Part shown: one piece after another, positions 50,973-61,893 of the stretch
How the letters are laid out: every line of letters starts with the position of its first letter
How positions within the stretch are numbered: position 1 is the stretch's first letter
Source: an uncultured Verrucomicrobiae bacterium
GTDB lineage: Bacteria > Chlamydiota > Chlamydiia > Chlamydiales > Rhabdochlamydiaceae
Direction of reading: 5' to 3'
Assembly (NCBI GenBank): GCA_963813135.1
Contig: CAWEXY010000011.1
Span: 1 to 64,000 of the forward strand
Length of the DNA: 64,000 bases
Translations under genes and position numbers: made by a program
The notes under the pieces: model-generated
Told to the model about the DNA's origin: nothing
What the model saw: only the letters and a program-made list of their open reading frames with translations
Database searches by the model: none

Positions 50973-53900
50973 ATGGACAAGCGTAAGCGCTGGCAAGCTA
51001 TTTTGATCATTGCTGTGATGGTGCTGACCATCTATAACATTCTGCCCACAGTCTTCTTCTACACAAAACCCCTCAAAGATCCCATCGGCCAAAAGCGGGC
51101 AGCCCAGGTGCAACTAGGCATCGCCGAGCGCATCAACGATATGGGTGAAGATGCCCTGGAGTGGTCGCGCTCTTACGCTAAGCTTCTAGGATTAAAACCC
51201 ACATCGATCAAGCTCGATAAAGAGAATCCTCGATTTATCCACCTTACATTTGCCAATGTCGAACAGGCCGGAGCATTTCGCAAAACATTGCCTAGAGCTG
51301 GAAGCCTCATTCCTTTTGCGCCCGCTCAACTAAGCCTTTACGACAACGACCCTGCGAGCACCACCGTCACCATCAGCCGCCGCATTCCGATCCAATTCGA
51401 CACGCAGAAACTGAATAAATATTTCGAGTTCGGAACAGTACGCGATGCCGAAGGAAATTTTACCGACCTTTATCGAGCCCTCGTCACCGACCGCGCCAAG
51501 CAGCTCGCCAGCGTTCTCGGGGGTCCTGGAGAGAATGGGCAGATGGCCGAAGCTATCGTCGAGCACGTCGATGATCCTGTCACGCCCGACCTCGCGCTGC
51601 AGCTGAGCCAGAACCTGCTTCGGTTCATGAAAAATTTTGATGAAAAATCCGATGCCGCGAAAAGATATTTTGCCTCTTTTTCTCAAATTGACACGCCCGA
51701 CCGCACTCTTTTTATCGACCGCCTGATCGCTGCGATGGCGATGATTAAAGATAAGACAAAATTAGAACGGATCGCCCTATCTCAAGAAAAAAGAGACCCT
51801 TCGGGGCAGCGGAAATTATCTAGAGACCGTCAAAGAGCAGCGCTTAGAAATGCTCACGGCGAGAGAAAAAACTCTATCAGACGCTGAAAATCTCCTGCGG
51901 CGCCATGCTGCAGATGCCGCCAAAGGGCAAGCTCCTTGGAATGAGGCGGCCGTTGGCGCCCTTCTTAAAGAAGAAGCCAAAAAAAATCCTTTGTCCCAAA
52001 CGATCTCCTTTGTAGGACGCAACACCTATATTGAACAAATCGTTATCGATTATCCGGGTGAAAAAATTTCTCTTATTCCCTATGCAGACGTCGCTCAAAA
52101 ACGTCAAAGCCAAACGCAAGCGATCGATCAGCTCCTTTACAATGAGATGGCGTTTGCCTCGCGCCAATCCGGAGAAACGATCCAGCCGTGGCGTGAGCAG
52201 TTTGAGATCGCCCTTCATGCGCTTCCAGACACAAAGAGCATCCTCGCGCTGCGTTTAAATAGCATCGCAGAAGCTGTCGCAAAAAAGACGGCCGATACCA
52301 TTGCTTCGCAGTGGATGCCCCAGCATGCCGATTTAAAGCGCGATGTGTTCCCGATCTGGGACTATGCCACCTATCAAAAACTTCCCGCTGCCCAAAAGAA
52401 ACTGGGCCTGGTTGTTTTTGTGCCAGTCATGCAGGGGACAATGCCCCCTAAAGGCTTCCGCATGAACTCGGTTTACGTCATCGCCAAGGGAATCGATCAA
52501 GTTCTCCAGCGCTTTGAAAATCGGCCCGATTCAGCAGAAGCTCAAGCGTTCATGGAAGATTTTCAGGCCCTTTCACAAATGCTTCAGAAAAATGGATTCG
52601 TCGGCTACTCAGCAAAAGCGTTAAACCCTTCTCCCGAATTTGCCGGCGATTATATTTTCGAAGGCGAAGACTATTATCAAACCGTCCTGAAGGCCTCGCG
52701 GGAAGATTTCACCGTTCGCGGCACGAAGCGGTATGCGGTGCTCGAGTTCAGCAATGTCGAACAGCGCATTTTGACCGAGAATAAAATTGACAACCGTATT
52801 CATGAAGATCTTCTCAAGTGGCGCGATGATTACCACGCTGCGCAAGTCGATCTTCGCGGCACGACCAAATATGACGTGCCCGCCCCTACGCACAGCGTGC
52901 TCCTCAGCAACTTAAAACTGAGCGCCGTGAAATATTTCCGCGGTGATGAACGCAAGGTCCTCCATTGGGGACTCGATATGTCCGGAGGAAAGACCGTCCA
53001 AATCGAACTTCGCAATAGTAAAAATCAAGTTGTCACCAACGATGCCGACGTGCGGCAAGGAATCAACGAACTCTACAGCCGCGTCAATAAGATGGGCGTT
53101 TCCGAAGTGAGCATCCGGCAAGAGGGAAGCACTATTTCTCTTGATTTCCCCGGCTCTCAATCCTTGTCCGCCGGCGAACTCGTCAAAGCTTCGACGATGT
53201 ATTTTCATGTCGTCAACGAGAAGTTCATGACAAATCCTCAGCTAGCCGAAGCGAGCCAGCGCTTTTTGCAAGAAGTCTGGAACGAGGCCTTGATCACCGG
53301 CCGTAAAGACGGAGAAAATTTAAGCCGCATCGCTTGGCGCCATCTCTATGGAAGCACCGGCGAGGGCGAGTCATTGCAACCTCAAAGCCCCTCCGCTAAA
53401 TTCCTATTTGATAACGGCCTGCGCCTTGCTGCCCCTGATTCTGACATCGGCAGCGCTTTCAATGATCAAACATCCAAGATCGCCCTATTCCGCGGCGATG
53501 ATTACACCGAGTGGCATGGACAAACACATCCTCTTATCATCGTCTTCAACAACTTTGCTCTGGAAGGATCGAACCTCGAAAATGTCCACGCCTCTTATGA
53601 TCCCTCCAAAGGCAACTTTTTAGCCTTCGGCATTCAAGGAACAGCGGCGCGCAATACTTTGGAAGCTTGGACGGGAACTTTTGCGAAAGAAAAAGTGGGC
53701 GGAACCCCCTTAGAGATTGACTCGCGAGGACGCGGCTGGCGTATGGCTGTTATTCTGAACGGATCGGTCATCACTGCACCAACGCTCGACTCTGCGCTGC
53801 GCGACAGCGCCTCCATCACCGGCAGTTTTACCCAGCGGGAAATCAGTTTGCTGGAAGCCGATCTAAAGGCCGGGTCTCTCAGCTTCACCCCCCGCATCCT

Positions 53901-55467
53901 CTCTGAGAAAAACGTCAGCCCCGAACTCGGAACTCAAGAGCGCCTCCACGGCATCATCGCCATGGTCAGCTCCTTATTCCTCGTCCTGATCGCCATGATC
54001 GCTTACTACCGCTTTGGAGGCATTGTCGCCTCGATCGCAGTTCTGTTTAACCTCCTGGTCATCTGGGCAGCCCTGCAAAACATTGGCGCAACGCTCACCT
54101 TGGCCGGGATCGCCGGGGTCATTTTGACCGTAGCGATGGCCGTCGACGCCAACGTCCTTGTTTTTGAACGGATCCGCGAAGAGTTTGCCGCGACGGGCCG
54201 CATTACATCCGCCGTGCACGCCGGCTACCGCAAAGCCTTGTCCGCCATCGTTGATTCCAACGTCACCACCATCATCGCCGCCGTCATTTTGATGAATTTT
54301 GATTCAGGCCCCATCCGCGGTTTTGCCGTAACGCTCATCATCGGCATCGTCTCTTCTCTTTTCACAGCTCTCTTTATGACGAGATTTTTCTTCTCCGGCT
54401 GGGTCCAAAATCCTGCTAATAAAGAGCTCAAGATGGCGACCATTTTCCGCGCGCCTTCCTTCAACTTTTTGAAATACACCAAGCCGACCCTGATCATCTC
54501 CGCCGTCGTGATCTTGATCGGAAGCTACTTCTTAGTGGCCGGCCGGCAAACGATGTTCGGCATGGATTTCACCGGTGGATATGCCCTGACCGTAGAGCTC
54601 CCCACTGATGGGAAAGGCCTTTATCGCACTGCCGTCGATGAAGCGCTTGCCAAACAAGGGCTTTCAGGACAAGAGTTCCAAGTGCGCGAACTCAACCCCG
54701 AAAATAATGTCCGTATTTTCTTGAGCCGCAGCCTTCAAAACCCAGGGCGCCCCTTCCATAACATGCCGGATGACCTCGGCGACAAAGAAGCCGCGTATGC
54801 TTATCAAAACAACCCCAAAATCGCTTGGATTGTAAATGCCCTTGCTGCATCCCATATCCAACTCGGTCCCGATGCCCTCTCCACGCTGGATAAAAACTGG
54901 ACATCGATCAGCGGACAGATGTCCGACTCGATGCGCAATGGGGCGATCCTCGGCATCGCGCTTGCCCTCGCGGCCATTTTGATCTACATTACCCTGCGCT
55001 TTGAGTTCAAATATGCCATCTCAGCAACTTTATGCCTCGCCCATGACGTCTTATTCTGCGTCGGCGTCCTCGCGCTGGCCCATGCTCTAGGCCTGCCCGT
55101 TCAGATCGATCTGCACACCGTCGCAGCCCTCACGATGATCGTGGGATATTCCCTCAATGACACCATCATCGTGTTCGATCGCATCCGCGAAGAGATGAGG
55201 TTTAAACATAAGGCATCTCTCTCGAGCATTATCAACCACGCATTGAACGTCACCCTCAATCGAACCATTATGACATCAGGCATTACGATCATCGCCCTAG
55301 TCCCCCTGCTCCTGCTGGGCGGAAGCACCATTGTAGGCTTTGCTTTTGTGATGCTCATGGGTGTCATTTTTGGAACTTTATCGTCCCTCTTCATCGCTGC
55401 GCCGCTCATGCAATTTTTCCACGAACGTGAAAATAAAATGGGAAAACTGGCGCTAAATGGGTCATAA
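50973..55467 (+). pseudogene. secDF: Chlamydial fused SecDF, one frameshift in the A-run ~51788-51793 (probable sequencing indel)
   Basis: WGLDMSGG, AMAVDANVLVFERIREE, GMDFTGG, GYSLNDTIIVFDRIRE; removing one A joins 50973..51887 to 51850..55467. Confidence 0.93.
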
Positions 55468-57187
55468 AGGCGCAGGCCCTCTGTGGGTATATCCAGAGAC
55501 CGATGCTGAATGGACCAAAAGCATCGTCCAGGAGTTTAAAATTCATCCGGCCACAGCGCAGGTCTTGGCCTCTCGCGGCTTTACCGATTTAGAAGAAATC
55601 CACGATTTTCTCTATGCAAAACTTCCCGATCTCTACGACCCTGCGCTTTTTCCCGATATGGATCGAGCTGTCGCCCGCGTTTTAAAAGCCCAGGCCGCCG
55701 GTGAAAAAGTCCTGATCTACGGCGACAACGATGTCGACGGCATCACCGCGGCAGCGCTCCTCACCGAATTTCTGCAATATGTGAACATCTATGCCATTTA
55801 TTACATTCCCAACCGCATCTCTCTCAAAGAAAACGTCATGCGGCATGCCGTCGAATACGCCCGCAAAAATAAATGCACCCTTCTCATTACCGTCGACTGC
55901 GGCATCACCGCTGCCAATGAAATCGAAGAAGCCGCCCGCCACGGCATCGACGTCATCGTCACCGACCACCATGAGCCGACCGCCAAACTCCCCCACACCG
56001 CCGCCACTCTCAACCCCAAACTTGTCGGCAACACCTACCCTAATCGGGAGCTGACCGGCGTCGGCGTCGCGTTCAAACTCGCCCACGCCATCACCGATGA
56101 ACTCATCGAAAAAGGCTCCTTAAGCTCCGGCCGCATCGACCTCAAACGGTATCTCGACCTCGTCGCGCTCGGCACCATCGCCGACATGGGCGCCCTCGTC
56201 GATGAAAACCGCATCCTCGTCCGCTACGGCCTCCGCCAAATGCGCAAAACCCGCCGCATCGGCCTCTCCACTCTCTGCGCTCTGTGCGACATCAAAATGA
56301 GCGACATCTCCACCATCGATATCGCTTCTAAAGTCGCCCCCCGCCTCAACAGCCTCGGCCGCATCGCCGATCCTAACAAAGGCGTCGAACTTCTCCTCCT
56401 CCGCGACTCTGTCGCCGCCGAAGTCCTCGCCCGCGAACTCGACCTCAACAACCAAGAGCGCCAAAAAATCGAACGGCGCGACTCCGAAGATGTCGACACC
56501 TATTTGTTCCATCATCCCCAAATGTTCAAAGATAAAGCGATCGTCCTCTCCTCCAACAAATGGCATCCCGGCATTATCCCCATCATCGCCGCGCGCATCG
56601 CCAAACAGTACAACCGCCCCACCACCCTCATCGCCATCGAAGACGGCATCGGCAAAGGCTCCATGCGAACGATCCCCGAGTTCCCCCTTCTTCCCGTCCT
56701 CAAAGAACTCGCGCCCCTTCTCCTGAATTTCGGCGGACATGACTATGCGGCCGGCCTCACCATCGACGCCGACAAGATCCCCCAGCTCACCCACAAATTT
56801 ATTTCATTTGCCAACGAAAAACTGCAAGACCAAGACATCCAAGCCAAACTCCCCCTCGATAGCAAGATCCAATTTGCCGATCTCACCTTTGAGTTCATGG
56901 AATCCTTCGGCCTCCTCGAGCCGTTTGGCAATGGAAACCCCGTCCCCATTTTCTACTGCGATGCCAAGCAAAGCTGGCCTCCCAAAGTCGTCGGAAAGAC
57001 CCATCTCAAGCTCTATCTGGAACAAGGCGATCGCGTCCTAGAGGGCATCGCCTTTGGCATGGCCGACAAACGCCCCACGATCCTCAAGAAAAACATGATG
57101 CTCCACATCGCGTTCACGCCGCACATCAATACGTTCATGAACAAGTCGAGCATCCAGCTCCACATCAAAGATTTCAGACCGGTGTAG
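55457..57187 (+). CDS. recJ: Single-stranded-DNA exonuclease RecJ
   Basis: YGDNDVDG, TVDCG, TDHH, GTIAD, PRLNSLGR, GGH, EPFGNGNP. Confidence 0.97.
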   Translation: MGHKGAGPLWVYPETDAEWTKSIVQEFKIHPATAQVLASRGFTDLEEIHDFLYAKLPDLYDPALFPDMDRAVARVLKAQAAGEKVLIYGDNDVDGITAAALLTEFLQYVNIYAIYYIPNRISLKENVMRHAVEYARKNKCTLLITVDCGITAANEIEEAARHGIDVIVTDHHEPTAKLPHTAATLNPKLVGNTYPNRELTGVGVAFKLAHAITDELIEKGSLSSGRIDLKRYLDLVALGTIADMGALVDENRILVRYGLRQMRKTRRIGLSTLCALCDIKMSDISTIDIASKVAPRLNSLGRIADPNKGVELLLLRDSVAAEVLARELDLNNQERQKIERRDSEDVDTYLFHHPQMFKDKAIVLSSNKWHPGIIPIIAARIAKQYNRPTTLIAIEDGIGKGSMRTIPEFPLLPVLKELAPLLLNFGGHDYAAGLTIDADKIPQLTHKFISFANEKLQDQDIQAKLPLDSKIQFADLTFEFMESFGLLEPFGNGNPVPIFYCDAKQSWPPKVVGKTHLKLYLEQGDRVLEGIAFGMADKRPTILKKNMMLHIAFTPHINTFMNKSSIQLHIKDFRPV

Positions 57188-57233
57188 AATAAATAAGCCG
57201 CGGTGCAAAGCGCGGCCCGTGTGAAACAGACGC

Positions 57234-57953
57234 CTAATTTTCCAATTTGTATTTAATCCAATTTTGGAATGAGGCAAATATGGTTTCGACTTTACCCTCA
57301 TTTGGGCTGGGTGCCGATACAAGGAGACCTTCCCTAGTGTGGATAGAGGGCACTGAGATAGTTTCACAGAAGATGGCATACAACTCGCTAAAATTCAAAT
57401 GCCCTCTTATTTTCTGTTCATCTTCTGTTTTTGAAAGCTCTTCATAGTAGATACTCCGGACTTTTTCAAAAAAATACTTGGTATAAACGCCATTTTTCTC
57501 CGCCTCTGCTCGACTGTTATATCTCTCCGCCAAAATTTTTAATCGGCCTTTCGCAGTTAAATCCGTCTTAAAAAGACCTTGAAAACTTGGATCAGTTTTC
57601 AATCGCTCGGACACCGCCGCATCTCTAAGGATTTCCTTGCGCTTATTTTTCAAGTCGTCGTTGTTGCCCAGTCTCTCCAAAAACATGATTAAGCCAAAAA
57701 ACATTCCGATAAGCGGAAGTAATCTTCCGTTTGAAAATCTATAAAGAGTCGTGGAGCCTGAAGCAGCAGCTTTGTCTACCCAAATTGTTGCACGGGCCCA
57801 AAAAAGAGATGATATCACAGTAAGACCGCCGTAACCGAAGACCCAAAGTTTCTCCGTCTTGGCTTCTTTTTGCGCCTGTGCAATCGTGTTAGGGTCATAA
57901 GGCATGCCCGTAAAAATAAGGTTCTCAAAAGCTGCTTTAGAAAGTCCTAACAA
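57234..57953 (-). CDS. Hypothetical protein with two hydrophobic segments
   Basis: 239-aa ORF; GGAGG upstream of TTG. Confidence 0.7.
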   Translation of the reverse strand: MLGLSKAAFENLIFTGMPYDPNTIAQAQKEAKTEKLWVFGYGGLTVISSLFWARATIWVDKAAASGSTTLYRFSNGRLLPLIGMFFGLIMFLERLGNNDDLKNKRKEILRDAAVSERLKTDPSFQGLFKTDLTAKGRLKILAERYNSRAEAEKNGVYTKYFFEKVRSIYYEELSKTEDEQKIRGHLNFSELYAIFCETISVPSIHTREGLLVSAPSPNEGKVETIFASFQNWIKYKLEN

Positions 57954-58011
57954 GGATTCCTCCGTGGGTGATTATGGAGGTATTCTATAGAAAATCAAAA
58001 AAACATCAATA

Positions 58012-58618
58012 TTATTTAACGCTTTTTTCTTCGCGCTCTGAGCATTCAAATTTTACCAAGTCAATAGTGTTTGGAAACAAGAGCCGAGCTTCGGACGTCT
58101 TCGGTTGAACGATTGCCATGCCGCAATCCCATCCCTTTAGGGGTGGGTTAGGCAGGCCTGTAGTTGGTCTATTCCTTAAATCCTCGAAGAATCCCTTCCA
58201 TTTATGGGAGGGTTCTTCAATTCGGACTATCTTTAACTTGTTGGGGGATCTCATTTTTTTTCGAAATACTGTTCATTTGCACGAGTTCTTCTTCTTTATT
58301 TTTTTGGACTGTATGGCTAGCGAAAAATCCAACCGCGGAAACTAAAAGCAATAACATGGTAAGAATGAAAAGCATCGTATGCGCGTGGTATAGTAATATG
58401 AGCAACCAGACCAATCCAATGGGAGTTCCATAGAAACTCGTTACCATTGCCATAAAACCAACCCCAATCGCAGCAAAAATCATCTTCGTGACCGAAGTAA
58501 TCTTTATTTGAATCGCCAAAGAATTTATCTTCTGAGCATCCGGCTGTGAACGTTCGACACCATTATCAGGGAAGGTTGTAATTGCCACCTCAGAAGGACC
58601 AATAATTTTACTAACCAT
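58012..58618 (-). CDS. Inc-like protein with long bilobed hydrophobic domain (probable frameshift at T8 run 58254-58261)
   Basis: ~55-aa hydrophobic stretch MIFAAIGVG...VSAVGFFA; 58217..58618 continues into 58012..58254 if one A is removed. Confidence 0.6.
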
Positions 58619-58754
58619 AATTAACTCCGATATATTGATATTAAATATTAATATATTTTAATAAAAAAATCAACTAATTAAACAAAAGCAATTAAATTTT
58701 TGTTTATATCTTACCATGTCCGCGGCCGGTTATGTGATCGAGGAGAAATCGCAC

Positions 58755-58788
58755 AAAAAAAAGAGAGGCGATATCTTTCGATATCGCC
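58755..58788 (-). terminator. Rho-independent terminator of euo
   Basis: GGCGATATC-GAAA-GATATCGCC hairpin followed by TCTC and a T8 tract on the minus strand. Confidence 0.85.
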
Positions 58789-58822
58789 CCCAAAAAGCCA
58801 TAATGGCTGGTGATCCCTAAGC

Positions 58823-59278
58823 TTACATCGCTTGGGATTGGTTGTCTTTCTTAGCCAGGTAGTTCTCCTGGTAAGATTTCACATCGTTCACGTGAATGAC
58901 CCATGCAGCGCCTTTGCGAATAGCTTTCATCAAGCCAACGCGTGTCGCGTAATAGATCTTCTGCGCAGGTACGTTTAACATCTTCGCAACTTGATTGACG
59001 GAATAATAACCTTTCATATTGTCAAACAGAAGCTCGCCAGCGTACATCGATTTTGTACGGGAATACTTTTGCTTGCGGTAATCATCCAAGTCATTCAGGT
59101 CAATCGTCCAACGTGCAGCATCTTTAGAAGCTTTCAGCTTTTTTTGCTTAATCGCGACGTAAATAGCTTGGCGCGTGACGTTATTGATCTTTGCTGCTTC
59201 AGTGATGGAAACGACCCGTTTGCCAGAAGTATCTTGCGATTCTTGTGCCGGCATTTGGTGTTGTGGATCGTTAATCAT
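58823..59278 (-). CDS. euo: EUO, chlamydial repressor of late genes (tandem HTH)
   Basis: VSITEAAKINNVTRQAIYVAIKQKKLKA...YSVNQVAKML...KIYYATR...GAAWVI. Confidence 0.95.
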   Translation of the reverse strand: MINDPQHQMPAQESQDTSGKRVVSITEAAKINNVTRQAIYVAIKQKKLKASKDAARWTIDLNDLDDYRKQKYSRTKSMYAGELLFDNMKGYYSVNQVAKMLNVPAQKIYYATRVGLMKAIRKGAAWVIHVNDVKSYQENYLAKKDNQSQAM

Positions 59279-59389
59279 TTTTTTTATCCTCCTAACAGTT
59301 AGTTGTTTGAGTCACCTTTGACCCAACTTTTGTCACTAAGTTTTGCAGCCTTTTATTATTAAAAGTTATTATGCCTTAGTAGATTATTA

Positions 59390-59418
59390 ATTATGTCATA
59401 TAAACGCATTGAAATCAA
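59390..59418 (-). promoter_or_regulatory. Putative sigma66 promoter of euo
   Basis: Minus strand TTGATT-17 nt-CATAAT. Confidence 0.5.
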
Positions 59419-59544
59419 GCGCCTTTTGCGGGGGGCGAAAAATCAATGACAAGTTTTATTTTTAATGGCCGGAAACCAGGGAGATACGATAAGCTCCCAA
59501 TTATGATAGACTCGATATGGAAGGGGAATTTTAAGCGACTTGTA

Positions 59545-61446
59545 ATGAGGAGCTTATGCTATCTCCCTCTACTTCTGTGCCTTATAGCGGCCCCTCTCGA
59601 ATCCAAGCCTCCAGAACTCACCCCTAAAGACACGCACCATAAAATCAAAGAAATTCTCAAAGCACATGCCTGCCACCATGAGCTGACCCCGGAGCTTGTC
59701 AAAAGGAGCTTCCATAACTTCCTCGAGGAGCTCGACCCCAATAAGATCTATCTCCTTAAGGGAGAAATAGAAGAGTGGACTAATCCTACCGATGCCCTTC
59801 TGGCACAAGCTCTTGAGCACTTTAGAGCGGAGGATTTTACCATATTCGAAAAAATCCACCACAAAATGAAGGATGCGATTGCGCGCCGCAACCGCCTCGA
59901 AGTCCGTCTAGCAAAAGCAAAGGTTCCCACCGAGGTTGATGCTAAAGAATTCAAAGATATTTCATGGGCCGTTTCGGAAGAAGAGCTGTACGATCGTCTG
60001 CTCAAGATCAAGGGATTGCAAGTGGAGTCGGCAGCGAAATTTGATAAGGAAGTGCAATCATCCTTTTTTCAGCGCATGGACAAACGGCGGCGCATTCGAG
60101 AAGACGAGCTGATCGGCGGCTCCGCGGAAATACAGAAGCAGCATGTTTTAGCGCTCATTCTCAAAGCGACGAGTACCGCCCTCGATTCTCAGACTAATTA
60201 TTTCACGCCGGCAGAAGCGACGCAATTTATGATCCAAGTACAGCAACGCCTCTTTGGCATTGGCGCTCAGCTTCGCGATGACCTCAATGGTTTTACGATC
60301 ACACGCATCTTGGAAGGAAGTCCTGCAGCGCAAGGCGATAAACTCCATGTAGGAGATCGCATCATCGCAGTTAATGATGTTCCCGTCATCGGCATGGAGA
60401 TTACGGAAGCGGTCGAATACATCCGAGGGCCTCAAGGAACTATCGCTCTTTTAACAGTCCTCCGAGGCGAGGAAAAACTCGACATCGATATCACTCGAGG
60501 AGAAATCGTCCTCAAAGAGTCGCGCTTAGAATCCCATGTCGAGCCTTTCGGCGATAAGGCCATCGGAGTGCTCAAACTTTATTCTTTCTACCAAGATCAG
60601 ACTTACTCCTCAGCATCCGATTTAGCGCAAGCGATCAATGATCTTAAAAAAGAACATGACCTCCAAGGCATTATCCTAGATCTGCGCGGAAATGCCGGAG
60701 GTCTTCTTCCGCAAGCCGTCTCCGTCGCAGGACTCTTCATGACTAAAGGCGTCGTTGTCTCTGTCAAAGATAATACAGGAACCATCCAGCATCTACGAAA
60801 TATTGACTCCAAGATCGCCTGGGATGGGCCGCTCATCATCGTTACGAACCGCGCCAGCGCGTCGGCTGCCGAAATCGTCGCTCAAACGCTCCAAGAATAT
60901 GGACGCGGCATCATCGTCGGCGATGAAACAACCTTTGGAAAAGGAACATTCCAGACATTTACCCTCGAATCGACCCACTTGGCAAAAGTAAATCCGAAAG
61001 GAGAATACAAAGTCACCCGAGGCCGCTATTATACGGTATCGGGGAAAAGCCCCCAGCTCGTAGGAGTGAAAGCCGACATCGTCGTTCCAGGGATCTTTTC
61101 AGCGATGGAAGTCGGAGAGCAATTCTCTAAATATCCTCTAGAGACCGACCAAATCGCCCCTAGTTTCGATGATGACCTAATGGATATTCCCGCCCTCCAT
61201 CGCTATCAAGTGTCCAAGCTCTATAAATTTGATTTGCAGCCCATCATGAAGACATATGAGCCCTACATGGGCCTGCTGCGGCGAAACTCCGATCTGCGGC
61301 TCAAAGAAAATAAATATTATCAAAAGTTCCTCGCCGACATAGCAAATAAAGATTTTAGCTCATCCGAAGAGGGCGACATTCAGCTGAAAGAGGCAGTCAG
61401 CCTCATGAAAGACCTCCTCTTCACCATGCACCACCCCTCCGTTTAA
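59545..61446 (+). CDS. tsp: Tail-specific protease (S41, PDZ)
   Basis: Signal peptide from ATG 59545; GIGAQL, DLRGNAGG, SASAAEI, TFGKGTFQ. Confidence 0.95.
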   Translation: MRSLCYLPLLLCLIAAPLESKPPELTPKDTHHKIKEILKAHACHHELTPELVKRSFHNFLEELDPNKIYLLKGEIEEWTNPTDALLAQALEHFRAEDFTIFEKIHHKMKDAIARRNRLEVRLAKAKVPTEVDAKEFKDISWAVSEEELYDRLLKIKGLQVESAAKFDKEVQSSFFQRMDKRRRIREDELIGGSAEIQKQHVLALILKATSTALDSQTNYFTPAEATQFMIQVQQRLFGIGAQLRDDLNGFTITRILEGSPAAQGDKLHVGDRIIAVNDVPVIGMEITEAVEYIRGPQGTIALLTVLRGEEKLDIDITRGEIVLKESRLESHVEPFGDKAIGVLKLYSFYQDQTYSSASDLAQAINDLKKEHDLQGIILDLRGNAGGLLPQAVSVAGLFMTKGVVVSVKDNTGTIQHLRNIDSKIAWDGPLIIVTNRASASAAEIVAQTLQEYGRGIIVGDETTFGKGTFQTFTLESTHLAKVNPKGEYKVTRGRYYTVSGKSPQLVGVKADIVVPGIFSAMEVGEQFSKYPLETDQIAPSFDDDLMDIPALHRYQVSKLYKFDLQPIMKTYEPYMGLLRRNSDLRLKENKYYQKFLADIANKDFSSSEEGDIQLKEAVSLMKDLLFTMHHPSV

Positions 61447-61455
61447 TAAATGATA

Positions 61456-61476
61456 TCAGGCTCGTTCCGAGCCTGA
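61456..61476. terminator. Hairpin downstream of tsp
   Basis: TCAGGCTCG-TTC-CGAGCCTGA 9-bp stem. Confidence 0.7.
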
Positions 61477-61498
61477 GAAAATAAAGTAAGTTTTAAGT

Positions 61499-61788
61499 TG
61501 CCAGAGACAGTCGGGCCCACAGCACTTTGTGCCCGCCGGCTGCTCGCTCGCGCTGCTAAAGCATCGTCGTCTCGCAGACAAAACTGTGAGAATAAATTTG
61601 TTTCTGCGAGCCGACGGTGCCCACGAAGTGGGGACACAGCCGGCGGATTCAAGACACAAAGCGCCATCGGTCCGAACGAGTCGGCGGCAGTACTCCGTAC
61701 GCCGCGACGTGGGAGGATCCGATGGGGCACAGTGGATTGAATCTCAAAGGGGCAATGGGGGACGTCAGTCCCCGATATGTCTATGGCA
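61499..61788. ncRNA. Unidentified highly structured element (candidate ncRNA or MITE-like palindromic element)
   Basis: At least six nested helices closed by a terminal inverted repeat; GC-rich between AT-rich flanks; see findings. Confidence 0.5.
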
Positions 61789-61856
61789 CGATAAAATTTA
61801 ATTTATATAATTTATTTATTTGGGCTCGCCAGAGTCCAAATACTGCTCTCTTAAGC

Positions 61857-61885
61857 TTGAATCGATTGGTCAAAGATACTATACT
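61857..61885 (+). promoter_or_regulatory. Putative sigma66 promoter of gltX
   Basis: TTGAAT-17 nt-TATACT, 8 nt before the ATG. Confidence 0.65.
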
Positions 61886-61893
61886 ATTTCTTC

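Noticed and set aside
55682..56794. Long antisense ORFs in recJ (also in aspS, cmk, rpoA and others)
   Set aside because: Shadow frames produced by codon bias of well-supported genes on the opposite strand.
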